DNA from: Protoeuglena noctilucae
Lineage: Eukaryota
NCBI GenBank assembly: GCA_958009085.1
Contig: OY253671.1
Coordinates: 806,001 to 870,000, forward strand
Direction: 5' to 3'
Length of the DNA stretch: 64,000 nucleotides
Part shown: one piece after another, positions 23,623-35,922 of the stretch
Layout of the letters: each line of letters opens with the position of its first letter
How positions within the stretch are numbered: position 1 is the first letter of the stretch
Position numbers and translations under genes: made by a program
Notes under the pieces: model-generated
Told to the model about the DNA's origin: nothing
What the model saw: only the letters and a program-made list of their open reading frames with translations
The model's database searches: none

Positions 23623-26600
23623 CTACCCCGTAAAGAACTTCTTCCATGCCTCCTTGGCGGACCCGGTCCCCGAGGATGGAGCCGGCGCGCCGGTCCTGGC
23701 CCCGGCAGGCACCCCCCGGCCCCAGGCCTTCGTGGACGCCTGGAAGCGCTGCATGAGGCTGCGGGCAAGACAGAGGGGGGACATGTGGCTCCATTGCCTT
23801 GCCCCCTTGTGCCCCGACAGCCGAAGGCCAGCACGCGAGCTCGCCTCTGCCCCATGTCCTGGATGGCGACCGGGCGCTTGGACGCGCCCCCCGCCGGCCC
23901 ATCCTCCACCGTCTGCCCACTGCGCTTCTCGAACTGCATGGGCACAGACAGGAGTGCGGGATACAGCCTGTGAGCCGGCAAGTCGCACGGCGCCACGCGA
24001 CGACGCGCCTCACCTCGCTGCGGATCTCTGCCTGCTCTTGCGCCTTCAGCCCCTTCAGCGCCAGCACGCGCAGGAGGTCGTGGCCCGTCCCGCCCGGCAC
24101 GAGCGCGAAGAAGTTCTCGAGCAGCATGCTGGGCTGGCTGAGCGAGACCTTGAGCAGCGACTCGACCCGACCCGCCTCGCGGCCCACGAGGCGGGCGTAG
24201 CTGCCCCCGACATCCCGGCTCGCAAGCGTCGGGAACTCCAGCAGCACCCCGCGGACGGCCTGCGGAGACGAGACGTGGTGTAGGCATGCGGTCGACCTGC
24301 CGCGGAACGGGGTGGGGACTGCCGAGGCCGCCCTCGGCGCCCGGCGTGGCGCAGGCACACAGCACGCGATGCCACTTCGTCTCTCGCCTGCACGTCCAGC
24401 AGCATCTGCTGGATGCCCGCCTCCGGGACACGCCGACACTTGCCGATGGCGTCCTCGATCCTCGGGATGAAGGACCCGGCCAGGCGGTCGCACACCCACG
24501 CAAAGTCGCCATCGGACAGACTCTCGCCCAGCGGGCCCGCCACCTCGGCCAGCTCCGTGTGTGCTCGCGACACCCACGCACTGTGGTCCCCCACCTCCGT
24601 CACGCCGCTCCAAGGGAATCTGCAGAGGCGCGATAGCAGCGAGTGTCGCACCGAGGGTGGCAGGAAGCGCAGCGCAAGCCATTAGGTGGCAGCAGCGGGA
24701 GCCCGAGCCCGAGCTTGAGTCCCAGCGGGATCCCGCCGCTCGCGAGGTCGGTCTAGGTGTGCCCAGCCAGACGCGCAGGCTCACTTGATGAGCTCCCCCA
24801 GCGCTGTCTCGAGCCGCGTGTCGAGCGCCAGCGCCACGGCGGACAGCGCGGCCGCCTTGAGGCTGAAAAAGGCATCCTGCACGTCCGAGACCTCCATGGT
24901 GGGCGCGGCCTGGGCAGGTGCAGCTGCCACCCCTGAAGCGGGCGCGGGCGGCGTGGACCCCGCCAGCAGCCGCTGGATGGCCTCGGCGAGGCCGCCAGTC
25001 GTGTCCTGACAGTACTCGGCTGCGGGCGGGAGCGGGCAAAGCACGTTGCGAGCCGCAACTGGCCACGAAACGGCCACACATGCCGGCTGCATGCAGCATG
25101 GGCGCTCACCGGTGTTGGCGACGGCGCAGCAGACGCGCAGCTGCGCCAGGTCGGCCTTGACCTGCCACGCAGCCGAGTCCAGGGTCGCCTTGGGCACCCC
25201 GTCTGTCAGGACCTGGTTCCCCGCCGTCCGAGGGACCTTCTCTGTCATACGCTCGCAGTATCTGGCCAGCGCCTGCGCAGGAGGTCCGGCCCAGGCATCG
25301 AAACCCTGTAAGCTCATGCTCGCCAAGCCCCCTCACTCGACCACCAGCTGCCTGCCCTCACCTCCTTGTACGCGCCGGCCATGTCGCGCAGGGTGCGTCC
25401 CATGGACAGCGCCTGCACTCGCTTGAGCGAGTCCTTGATCCGCGAGAACAGGGCGTCGGCCGAGGACAGCACGCCCTCCGCCCCTTCCTCGGGCTCCCAC
25501 TTCTCTGACGCCAGAAGCAAGTCCAGGTCACCCATCAGCTCCTTGCGCTCCAGGTCCACGTAGTTGCCCATGTGCTCCTCGAAGCACCCAGAGATCATGC
25601 CTGCGGGCCCGGGGGTCGAGCCGTGGGCATGCGCGGCCCTCCTCGACTGAGCGCGTCGCAACGCGGCACCGCTTGGTCACACCGAGCTGCCAGCCGCCCC
25701 GCCCTCGGCGCACCTCGGAAGTCGGTGATCTCCGTGACCTGCTGGGTTACCGCGTCCATGCTCTGGCGCTTGCCAGATCCCGTGTACTTCTCCTTGACCG
25801 CCTGTGCCACCTCGGACGCCACGCCCTTGACGGCGCGGGCGGTCTCGGGCGGGGACGCGGGCGGCGCCGCCAGGGTCTTGAAGTGCTTGTTGAGCTCGGA
25901 CTCGAACGCCACCGTCTGCTTGAGCGCTGCGAGCGACAGCGGGCGAGGCGAGGGATCGCATGGCGGATGGCAAGGGTGGGATGTGACTGCCTTTGCCGAT
26001 GACCGAGGGCACCGGCTGGGGAGGTGGAAAAGAGCCCTGCCGTGCCTCACCGGACACGACTGCCTCGATCTTGTAGGTGCTCCGCTGCGAGTCGAGCATC
26101 TCCGACAGGTGCGCGCGCGTGATCTTGCAGAGCATGTGCGCCATCAGGTGCAGCACACGCCAGCTGGGCGGGAAGATGGCCCACTGCGCACCCTTCCCCA
26201 TAATTTGCGTCCTGCAAGGAGGCGGTGGGCATGTGTCAACGCAAATGTCAATCCTATGTCCACTTGGCTCGCAGTTTACAGCGGGCCTTGCGCGAGACGC
26301 ACCTGATGAAGTCCAGTCGCTTCCCCACGTTCTCCAGCTTGCCGCCCACGCCCCCCGCCATGGCGTAGATTTGCGAGTATGCTGCCACTTCCCGGTCGCA
26401 TATCTGCGCCAGGAGCTCCTGCTTCACGGACGGCTCCATGGCCTCCACCGCCACGATGGCTTGCTTGAGCTGGAGGCACGGACACAGCATGGAAGCACCT
26501 TCCGGCTTGGCTCGGTTTGATGCTCAGCGACGGCCACCTCCGCATGTCTCTCAACATCTCACCTGCTCCCGCACCTGCCGCTCTTCCCACCGCTCACCTG

Positions 26601-27687
26601 CTCCAGCACCTGCTCCCCGGTGCCGTCCTTGCCCACCCCAAGGCGGCGGAAGTCGTCCAAAACCATCTGCCGCAGCAACGCCGAGATGGCCCCGAAGCGA
26701 CCCCGCAACTCCGCGATCTTAGGGATACCCGAGAACCTGCAGGTCAGGCGAGCGGCCTGAGTTGGCACCCCAGGCAGCCCCGACAGTCCTGGCCAGCGTG
26801 GGGCATCTGACTGACAAACAACCACGGAAGCCGGTCCCACACTCACTTCTCAAAGTGAGCGAGGAGCATCCCCGTGGCCTGCAGCAGGTTGGCTGCCTCT
26901 GGGTACTGCTTCCGCTCCGCCACCTCCTGGAGTCGGTCCGCCGTGGTCACCAGCATCGCCAGCTGGCGCAGGGTCGTGATGGTGTGCGTGATGTTGCGCT
27001 TGGCCGTGTCGAGGCGCCTGCGGAGCACGGGCGCGAGGTCGTCCTCGAACTCTGGGAGCCGAGCGCCACCGTGAGAGCCTCGTGGGGGGCTGTCTCTGTG
27101 TCCCCGGTAGCCGCACGCACCGGATGCCGCGGCAGATCTCCTCCACCATGCCTTCGCTCGCGACGGCTCGCTTCTGGATCTCCTCCACCTGACTCAGGAG
27201 GTCCTCTACGGCACTCTCTGCGTCTGCCACGCCCCGCTCCGCCTCGCCTACGCCACCGCCGCCGTGCTGCCGCACCGCGCGCAGAATCTCCACATCTACT
27301 TTGCTTATCTGCGTAGCGGAAGGGGCGAGAGGTCCCGCACGGGGTCATCTGCGCCAAAATGGGGACGCCCCAAGCCGGGTGCAACATACCTGCCGCTTGA
27401 CCGACGCGAGGAGCTCGTCCAGGCCGCTGAGAGACTCCTCCGTGGGAAAGAGGCGGTTCACGAACGCAATCGGATCGAAGTCGGCGCCATGGAAGGCGTC
27501 GCCGGAAGCGATGCCGGCCTGTGAGCCGCGACGACGGGGCCGAGTCGTGCAGGGGCCCCAGGCCGGGTTTGCGACTGGTCCAGCCACAGCAACCGCGCAA
27601 CGACATCGATTTCTGTCGGGCGGCCTTCGCGCGCACCTGAGTTCCGACGCTCTCCGCGGGGGAGAGGGCCCGTTCGGTCGATGCCAT
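23623..27687 (-). CDS. VPS53: GARP/EARP complex subunit VPS53 (~14 introns)
   Basis: DFDPIAFVNRLFPTEESLSGLDE; ASEGMVEEICRGIR|RLDTAKRNITHTITTLRQLAMLVT; IFPPSWRV; ISGCFEEHMGNYVDLERK; VLSSADALF; VANT|AEYC; VGDHSAWV; GIQQMLLDVQ; LKGLK. Confidence 0.93.
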
Positions 27688-28452
27688 CCGCTCCGCTCCC
27701 ACGCTCTGGCTCCCTCCCCGCTAGGGACGCTCCAGGCTCCCCTCGTTTGCCATAGATCGCGCGCACACCTTCGTCGCGCTCAACGAAGCTTAGAGCGCGA
27801 GGAGAGTGCGCAACTCTACGACCACCGTGTGCGCCGAGAGCGCTGCGACAAATCGCCTGCGCTGAGCCAAAGAAGGTAAGATGATGTGTCCACCGGTGAT
27901 GTCACGGGGACGAGGGCCGCACAGTTGCTCTCAGCAAGCCCTGCGTCAGTGGGGACGCCCTAGCTCTGACGAGGTGGCCCCTTCAGGCGTAATCTGTCCA
28001 GGCCAGCCCTGTTACGGACAACTCTGGAAGTGGAGGTGCACCCCGCTTGTGCAGCGAAGGACTGGGGAGTGAAGCGTTACCCGCGCAGGCTACAGTTTCC
28101 AGGCAAGGGGCCTTAGGTCGGCTGAAAAGTCCGAGCAGCTTTGATGAAAGCTTCCCGTGGCATCAGGCGTGGCGCCGCGGCTGACCGAGCATTCTGCGGG
28201 CGGCGCGCGGTGGTGGCAGTTCGAGGCCGTGCTGGGCCTGCTCCGCCCTCGAACAGGCGCCTTGGGCCGTGATTTTCCTGCCTGGAGGTGTACAACCATC
28301 CTGATTACTTGGGCGTTGGGTGCGCCGCGGACGCCATTTGCCTGGGCGTCCGAGCGGGGATGGCACGCTGTCGCGAAAACTCGACCGAGGCCCTGCCGCG
28401 CTCTCCGAAGCTAGCGTGCCCCATTGCCCCCTCCTTCGCCGCAGTATCCGGC

Positions 28453-29256
28453 ATGGGGGAGGAGAAGAAGCGGGCGAAGCCCAGCGAGGAGGAGGTGCGG
28501 CGCATGGGAGGGACAGACGCGGCGCACCCAGCCACCGGGGCCGAGATTCCGCAACCGCCCCTCGCGGCGGCCGCCCGCTGTCCATTTGCTGTTCAGAACT
28601 CTATCTTCCATCGATCGCGTCCCTTCGCAGGAGAAGGCGCTGAAGGAGGAGCCCAAGAAGGCCAAGCCCGCCAAGAAGAAGGAGGAGTCCGAGGAGGAGG
28701 ACGACGAGGACGAGGAGGACTTCGAGGTGACTGGCGATGCTCATATTTAGTGAAGCTTCCAGCGGCGGCCCACGGCGGCGCGCATGCCGGCGTGCTTTTG
28801 GTCGACCGGTGATGCCGTGGATGGGGGCACGAACGCGCACGTGCATGGTGTTGCAGGAGGACGACGATGATGAGGACGAGGATGACGAGGATGAGGACGA
28901 GGACGAGTCTGAGGAGGAGGAGAAGCCCAATAAGGGCAAGGCTGCAGAGCCAGCGAAGAAGAAGCAAAAGACCAAGGCCAAGGGCGGCGACGATGACGAC
29001 GACGACGAGGAGGAGGCGGAGGTGAGCCACGCGCCAAGGGCTTGAGCCGTCTGAAGTCGGGCCTTGCGCGATGGAAGTGCCATGCCTCCGCTCCTCGTGC
29101 GCACAGGAGGTGGAGGGCCTGTCGGGGGACGAGGTCGACCCGAAGAACATCATCGCGGGAGGGCGTGGCGCACGCAGGGGCCGAGGTGGGAACGCGCCCA
29201 AGCAGTTCACGTTTGCGGCGAAGAAGGACCAGGACTCGGATCAGGACAGCTGGTAG
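28453..29256 (+). CDS. Acidic Lys/Glu/Asp-rich protein with a CHZ-like histone chaperone motif
   Basis: 4 exons with GT-AG introns; long D/E tracts; last exon EVEGLSGDEVDPKNIIAGGRGARRG resembles the CHZ motif (E-I/V-D-x2-NII-x2-GR-x2-R). Confidence 0.65.
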
Positions 29257-29568
29257 ACTCGCGTGAACATGCGTGCGTGCCACATACATAGCCCTGGGCC
29301 CGTCATGCTTCGCCGTACCCAGCGCATGATAGTTTTGCTGGGTTGAAGTCCAGGAATTGCTGAACTTTGCGTCATATCGCCGCAATCCTGGAGGCCTACA
29401 CTGACATTTCGGTCAGGCGGCGGCTTGCTTGGTCGGATGGGACGCTTCCAGCTGTCGATGAAAGCAACAAACGCAGTAGATCACGTTTCCAGCGCGACCC
29501 GCGTCCCTCGCGTGGGTGCCGGGGCTCGCGCGAAAAATCCGGCTCCTGCGCGCCGGGCGCGGCGCAAG

Positions 29569-32500
29569 ATGTCTGCTGCGCCTGGCGAAGACGACATGAC
29601 GCCGTCCATCGCCGAAACCCTGGGACTGCTCATCCCGGGATGGGCAGGTTCGCCCGCGTGCCTAGCGCGAGCATGCTGGACGTGCTGCCGCTGATGCGGG
29701 CCATCTCGCCCGATTTGCGTCCTATTCTCTTGTCGTGCAACGCTGCGTGAATGCGCAGAATGCGAGCGGGCCCGCATGGACGGCTGCGCGCGACGCAGGA
29801 CCTGCTGACCTCTCGCAGCTCTCCGGAGGCCCCGGGAGCCGTCGCCGCCTCCCGCGGACGTACCAAACTTTGCTGCGGCAGAGAAGGACATGCTTGATGC
29901 AGTGGCCAGCCACAAGGAGCCGGCGTCGCCTCCACGCGGTCCTCGGCTTCTCGATGCTTTGCGAGATGGCCCTGCCCTAGAGGAGCTGCCTCTTATGGCG
30001 GAACCCAGCCTACCCGCCCGATGGGACGCGGCGAAGGAGCTGTTTGCGATCCTTTCCACCTCGGGGACGGCACGTAGCCCGCCCAAGACGCCGGAGTGCG
30101 AGGCGGGGGCGCATTTTGACGAGGTGCCTTCCTTGAGGCTTTCCGCGCCGAACCCAACGTCCTGCGTCTCATGGCAGGACTCTCCGACAAAAAACTTAGC
30201 GGCTGCCCCTCGCAGATTGTCCAAGAAGAGCTCGACTTGCCGGGCTCCATACTGGGCCCAGGAATGCTTGAACCTGAGCTCCTGTGGGAAAAGGAGTCCG
30301 AGCAACTGTGGCAGACATGCATGCCCAGGTGACGAAAACGTGGTGAGGTGCGCGCTGCCGTGGCTGCATTGTTCAGTGTCGCAACTCGTGCTTCCTACGC
30401 GCACGCAGCCTCCGGGCCCTGCCGTCCAACGCCGTGTCCCTGCGCCTGCAAGTCGACCTCCAGGGCATCGCCGCAGATGCCTTGTTTCTGGGCATTACTC
30501 CGGACCAGTCGTCACCGTCGGCCGAAGCTCCCAAGACGCGTTTGCTGGGGCACGTGTGGGGCAAGCACTGGCCCAGCGCCGGTCTGCCAGAGACCGACCC
30601 GCGAGCGGAGGCGCCCGTTTGCGCAGACTCAGAGCTCTTGCCTGTCGGGCCGGGGCTCGTCAGGAAGGGGCGCGCGGAGCCAGGGCCGGGGCAGGCCTTC
30701 GTGCCGGGCAAGCGGCCCCTCACGCTGGCCAGTCCCAGCTTCCAGCCCCAGCCCTGGAAGCGCCCCAGGCAAGCCGCGTCGGCGTCCCAGCGGTCTGCGG
30801 AGACCGCCCAGCGAGAGCCAGCTGCAGCGCCCGATGAGGGGCCCTTGGGGGCTCAGACGCGGGGAGAGGGCGGCGGTGGCCAACGCGCCGCTGCGACACA
30901 TGGGCCCCGACCGTCCGCTTCCAGCCGTCGCGAGATGTCCTCAGAGGAACAGAGGGCGCTCCTCAGGTGAGACCGGAGGCACGGTATTGGCAGAGGGGAC
31001 CCTCTGGCCAGCCACTAGTTCACATGCCAAGCAATGAGTCACGGTCAAGAGTGCTCGCAGCGAGGTCTTCGGAAGCAGCGACAAGGAGGCTGACGACACG
31101 ACACTCGTGGTGCACGGTTCGAACCCCGCTGGCTCCGTGCCGCGGAAGAGTGGCGCGGCCCGCCACGTGCATGGGGACCTGGGGCGTGGGGGTCGCCGTG
31201 GGGCGCAGTCAGGGGCGCCTGCGCGACAGGAGGGCTACGCTGCAACGCAGATCCATATGAGGGAAGCCCAGCCCTCCCCGGTCATGGCCTCGTGCCTCGC
31301 AGACCTGAAGCAATCCCACGACGCCCTGTGGTCTGCTGCTGCAAACGCGGGCTTGCACACGCCACAGCCAGGTGAGCCGGCTACCACGTCAACGGTCATG
31401 GGTGCATAGCTGGCTCCGTCACCATCCTGATGACATGGGCACTTGGTAGGGACCGGGCGGCATGGGCAAACACGCACAGTGCACTGAATGACAGCCTGGC
31501 ACTCGTGCCGTTCCTGAAGATTTCTGGCAGGTGGATGCCTCGCTCCCGGTGCTTCCGGAGACGCCGGCGCCAGGCACCCAGCTGTCGGCAAAGGCGCTGG
31601 CCACCTCCCTCCTTGTCCTGCGCCAGACTGCCTGGTGCATCCTCAACTGCGGGGTGCACGCGGGGCTGGCGCACCTGGCCAAGGCCTCGGAGGGGGACGA
31701 CAAAGTCAGGGCTTTGTGCCAGGAGCCTTTGGCGAGCCTGGAAGTGAGGCAGAGGTGGGCACGGTTACCACCGAGGGCTCTTGCGTTTTGTTACACACTC
31801 TGCGCCCTGCGCCCGCAGGACACGGCTGCCAGCGTCGCCCTGGGATCCGCAGACGACCATCCCTGGGTGCCCGCCTCTGCCGCCCTGGCCCTCGACATGC
31901 TGCTTGACAACAGCGGTCCCCGCGCCATGCCGTGCTGCGCCCTCGTGTGCCCCCGCCCGGGCATACCCGCCCTCATGGCTGCCCTGGGGTGCATCCGGGT
32001 GCCTCTCTCGGTCCGCAGCGTCCTTGATGCCCAGCCCCTCACCCCAGCGGACCTGGCCCCACCCCGCCCGGGCATGCCCTCCGTCGTGGTCGTCAGCAGC
32101 CCGGGGCAGGTGCAGGGGTGCGCTGGCCTCCTCCGCGGGACGGTGGTGCTCGGTGAGCTCAAGGCCGGCTGCAGTTGGCAGTGGGCGCAGGGCATCGAGA
32201 CCCACCACCTGCTCGCCCAGCGCCCCGACCTGTCCAGCTGCCCCGGTCCCGACCCGTCGCTCGTCGCCCACTTGACGTGGACCATCCGCGGACCCACCGC
32301 ACAGCCACCGACGCCGGGGCCTGCCGCACCTCGCATGCCTGCACCAGGGGCGACGGGGTGGGCTGGGGCACCTGGGCCACCTCGACAGGCGGGGCAGCCC
32401 GCGCCCTACCCGCCCGCCCGGAGCCCAGCAGAGCAGGCTCGGCACCACGCGCACGGGTCGTGGCACCCAGGCCCACCCATGACGGGCCAGTCCTCTGCTT

Positions 32501-35500
32501 CACCATCGGCAGCACCCGGCATGGGACCTTCTAGCATGCCCGGGGGTCTCAACAGCGCACCACGAGGACCTCACGAGCATGGCACGCACGTGCCACCCGA
32601 CGCACCGTGGCAAAGGATGGACCCGCATGCACACGTCCACTACGACGCGACCGCTGCAGCTTCGGGGGTTCTCAGGTGAGAGCCCTGGCTGCTTAACTGG
32701 TATTGAGGCAATCGAAGCAAATGTAAACCATAGATAGGGACAGGATGGGGAACTGGCTTGTTGCCTTGCTGACAAGTGAGCGCCGACCTTGCCATGTTCT
32801 CCCGTCGCAGTCCTGACGGCTCCACTGGGGTACCCGCCTGCACCATCGCCGTGGCCGTGAGCGCCGAGCTGAGCGCCATATGCCCCGCCCTCGACGACGC
32901 ACTCGCCGCCCTGGATGAGCCGGGCGTGACTGTGGTGGACCGGGCCATGCCATCCGGGGAGGCACTGGCCCTCGACGAGTGCACGTGCTTGTGTATGCTC
33001 ATGCAGCCGCCTTCCCCCAAAGCCCTGTGGCATGCGGCGTCTGCCCTGCTGCCGCGCACGGCCGACCGCTACTCGACCTGCATCCTCGTCGTCCAGGCCG
33101 CCAGCGCTGCTGCGCTCTCTGACCAGGACCCCGCCATCCCCGGCATCCAGGTAACGGGCGCTGCAAGTGCCATAGCCCGGGGGGCATCTGCCTCAACTTC
33201 CCATCCCACCACATGCGCACCTGCTGCCGCCGGCCACGCCTGGCTCGTCGGCCTGTGAATTTGGCCATTATGGAGACCTAGTTGAGGTCTACCATCATTT
33301 TTCATTGTCGTTACACCCTTGCAGGAGTGGGCCAGGTCCCACCTAGGTCTGTCGGTGCTCGTCCGCGTCACCTACTCTGCCCAGGCGACGGTCGACCTGG
33401 CGATGCACGTGCTGCGGGGGTCCCTGCAAGCCCAGCGATCCAGAGACGCGGGGCCCGACGTGGCCAATGCAGGCGAGCTGACCCAGCCTGGCACCTGGCT
33501 GGCGCTTACCATGCCCGTGACGCCCCTCGCATCGTGCGCGCTCATCGTCAGTGCCTTACAGCGTCTTAAGTGTCGATGCAGAACGCAAAGTACTGTCAGT
33601 TGCTAGTGTGGGCACTTTCCCCTGTGCATGCAGACGTCATGACTCCACTTGAGGGTCGGCTCGCCCAGCCGGGCTTCATGAACCCCGTCCTGGCCCTGAA
33701 GGCAGCGAGGCTAGGGGACCGCGCCCTGCACAGCGGACGCATTGGCGACCTGCTGCCCCTCGCACCGCGCCGGGTGAGTCAGACCCGCACACCCTCCATG
33801 CGCCCGCGCTATGTCAACCTCAGCCGTCCCGACGGAGCCCTTGGCAAGCAGTGGCTTATTTGACATCCATGCATTCTCTATGCTTGCCTCGCAGGCGACG
33901 CAGCTCCTCGAGGCGCACCTGCTTGGCAGGGACCAGCGGCACCGGCCGCCCCACCCTCTTCTCTCGTCGCGTCTGCCAGACCTGCATGGGCCGCCCCTGC
34001 AAGGGACGCCCTTTCATGGGCACACCATGGTCCCAGAGCCGCATCCCATGCAGCAGCGGGTGGGGGCTGCGGGAGGCGCACCTGGGTCGCCTTGGGAGGG
34101 CATGCGAGGGCCCAGAGGGGCGTGGCAGCCACAGACCATGATGCCGCCTGCCCACACGTCCGCTGCTGCGGGTGCAAGCTACCGCGACGTGGGCGCACTG
34201 CACGGTTTCGGCCAGATGCCATCGCCCCTGCATGCTCCTTACGACGCGCCCATGCACCCCAGTCGTGGTGCTGCAGGGGTTGCGGCACCCCACGCCGGCA
34301 TGGCCATGGCGAGCGATCCCGGGGCTGGGTTCAGGGCCGGGACGTGGGACGCGTTCAGCAAGCTGCAGAGCCAGCAGGGGGGGCCCGCAGTGGAGGACGG
34401 CCGCTGGGCGCAACGGAGAGGGGCTGGGTCTGACGCCAGATGGGCACCCCATACTGGCACGATGCGGCATGGTGGAGACTTGCCAAGTGCTTCAGGGCTC
34501 GCCTTAGGTCCGGACAGTCGCAGCCAGCCCGCGTATGCGGGGCGCTGGGGCCCCTTCACCTCTGAGCCGGAGCACCCGGGCGCCTACGACTCAGCAGAGG
34601 CACCAGTCTCGACGCATGCTACCCACGGTGGGAACCCACACAGCGTGGGACTGGACTCTACCGGTGGCGGCGGGGGACTGGTGGACTGGGCTCGTGTCAG
34701 CTCGGAGGCAGCCATGGGCATTGAAGGGCGTCACATGGCGTCCAACGATCGGGGCGTGCGGGAGGCCAGCTCCCGCCCCGTGGAAGGGAGAGCCTGCGAG
34801 GACCTGGTGTTCGGGATCCCGGACGATTCGTTCGAATTTCACCAGGGGCTGTCTTTGGGTGACATGGACGACGATGCCGGGGCGATGTGGTCGCCGTCCT
34901 TGGGCCCTGCCAGGAGGCCATGGCGGGCGGCAGGGGAGGGCGGGGGTGCAGGAATGGGGATGGCACTAGGAGCGGGACAAGACGACGCGTTCCTGTGCTT
35001 CGGGTCGCACCTGGACACCGACGACGTGCTGGGCGTGCTCACCACTCACCACGACGACCCGGTCGGCGGGGCTGCTCTGCGGAAGGGCCCACAGCGCGCG
35101 CATGTTGCGGGTCCTCGACTCGTCTCCCGCATGCGGCACGACAGGTGGGGAGCGCACGCACCCGGGTGCGTGGCAGGCATGCATGCTGCTGTCTGTTCCT
35201 ATCCAGCTCAGTTGTTTCCCTGGCCTTGACTCACGTGCAGGGAGCCTGATGTCCTTTCCGAGCTATCTCCGAGGCGCGCGACTGCTGGGCATGAGCAGCG
35301 GCTCCGCAGCGCCCTGGCCCCCGAGCCGAGTGACCCTGGGCCGTTGGGCCCAGGGCGAGCCCCCCGTGTCTTCACCCTCAGCGACAAGCGGGCGCTCTGC
35401 TGGACAAAGAGGTGAGACATGTGGCGTGAGGGATGCCAAGGATGGCAGGGATGCGGGTGTTGTATTCTGGCGGGGTCAAAGGACACTGAACCTTGTGATG

Positions 35501-35643
35501 CATGCAACGATGCATCACATCACACCAGCCGCAGGCACCCCGGCAGGGGCCGGAAGGTGGAGGACGTCCGTGGACCGCGGCACCGCGCATCCCGGTCGCT
35601 GGAGCTCGACAGCGGTGGCAGCCTCCAGGACGAGTTCCTGTGA
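29569..35643 (+). CDS. SHOC1: Probable SHOC1/ZIP2 meiotic XPF-like crossover protein (highly diverged)
   Basis: LRQTAWCILNCGVHAGLAHL (~31618-31677); ERCC4-like block LAALDEPGVTVVDR...LDECTCLC...RYSTCILVVQ...HLGLSVLVRVTYSAQATVD (~32806-33400); HhH-like MTPLEGRLAQPGFMNPVLA (~33639-33700). These match recalled plant SHOC1 blocks in order. Both ends are approximate. Confidence 0.65.
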
Positions 35644-35922
35644 CGCATCCACATGTGCGTGCTATCCCCTGAAGGTTGCTGTGCTCATGATCAGCGTCAC
35701 TGCCAACAAACGCCTTGGGAGGGCGGGATGAGAAGACATTAGACATGGTTGGCTAGTATCCGGGGGCCCGCTTTTGCCCACGAGCCTGACGAGGGTGCGC
35801 CAACTTGCGACTGTCGTGCCCAAAAACCCACACTGCTCTGCGCCCGGGCCTTTGCCAGCCTGCAAGATTTCAATGCGAGCTGCCGATGTCTAGGCACCCT
35901 CTGGTGCACCCGGAGGCAAGCC

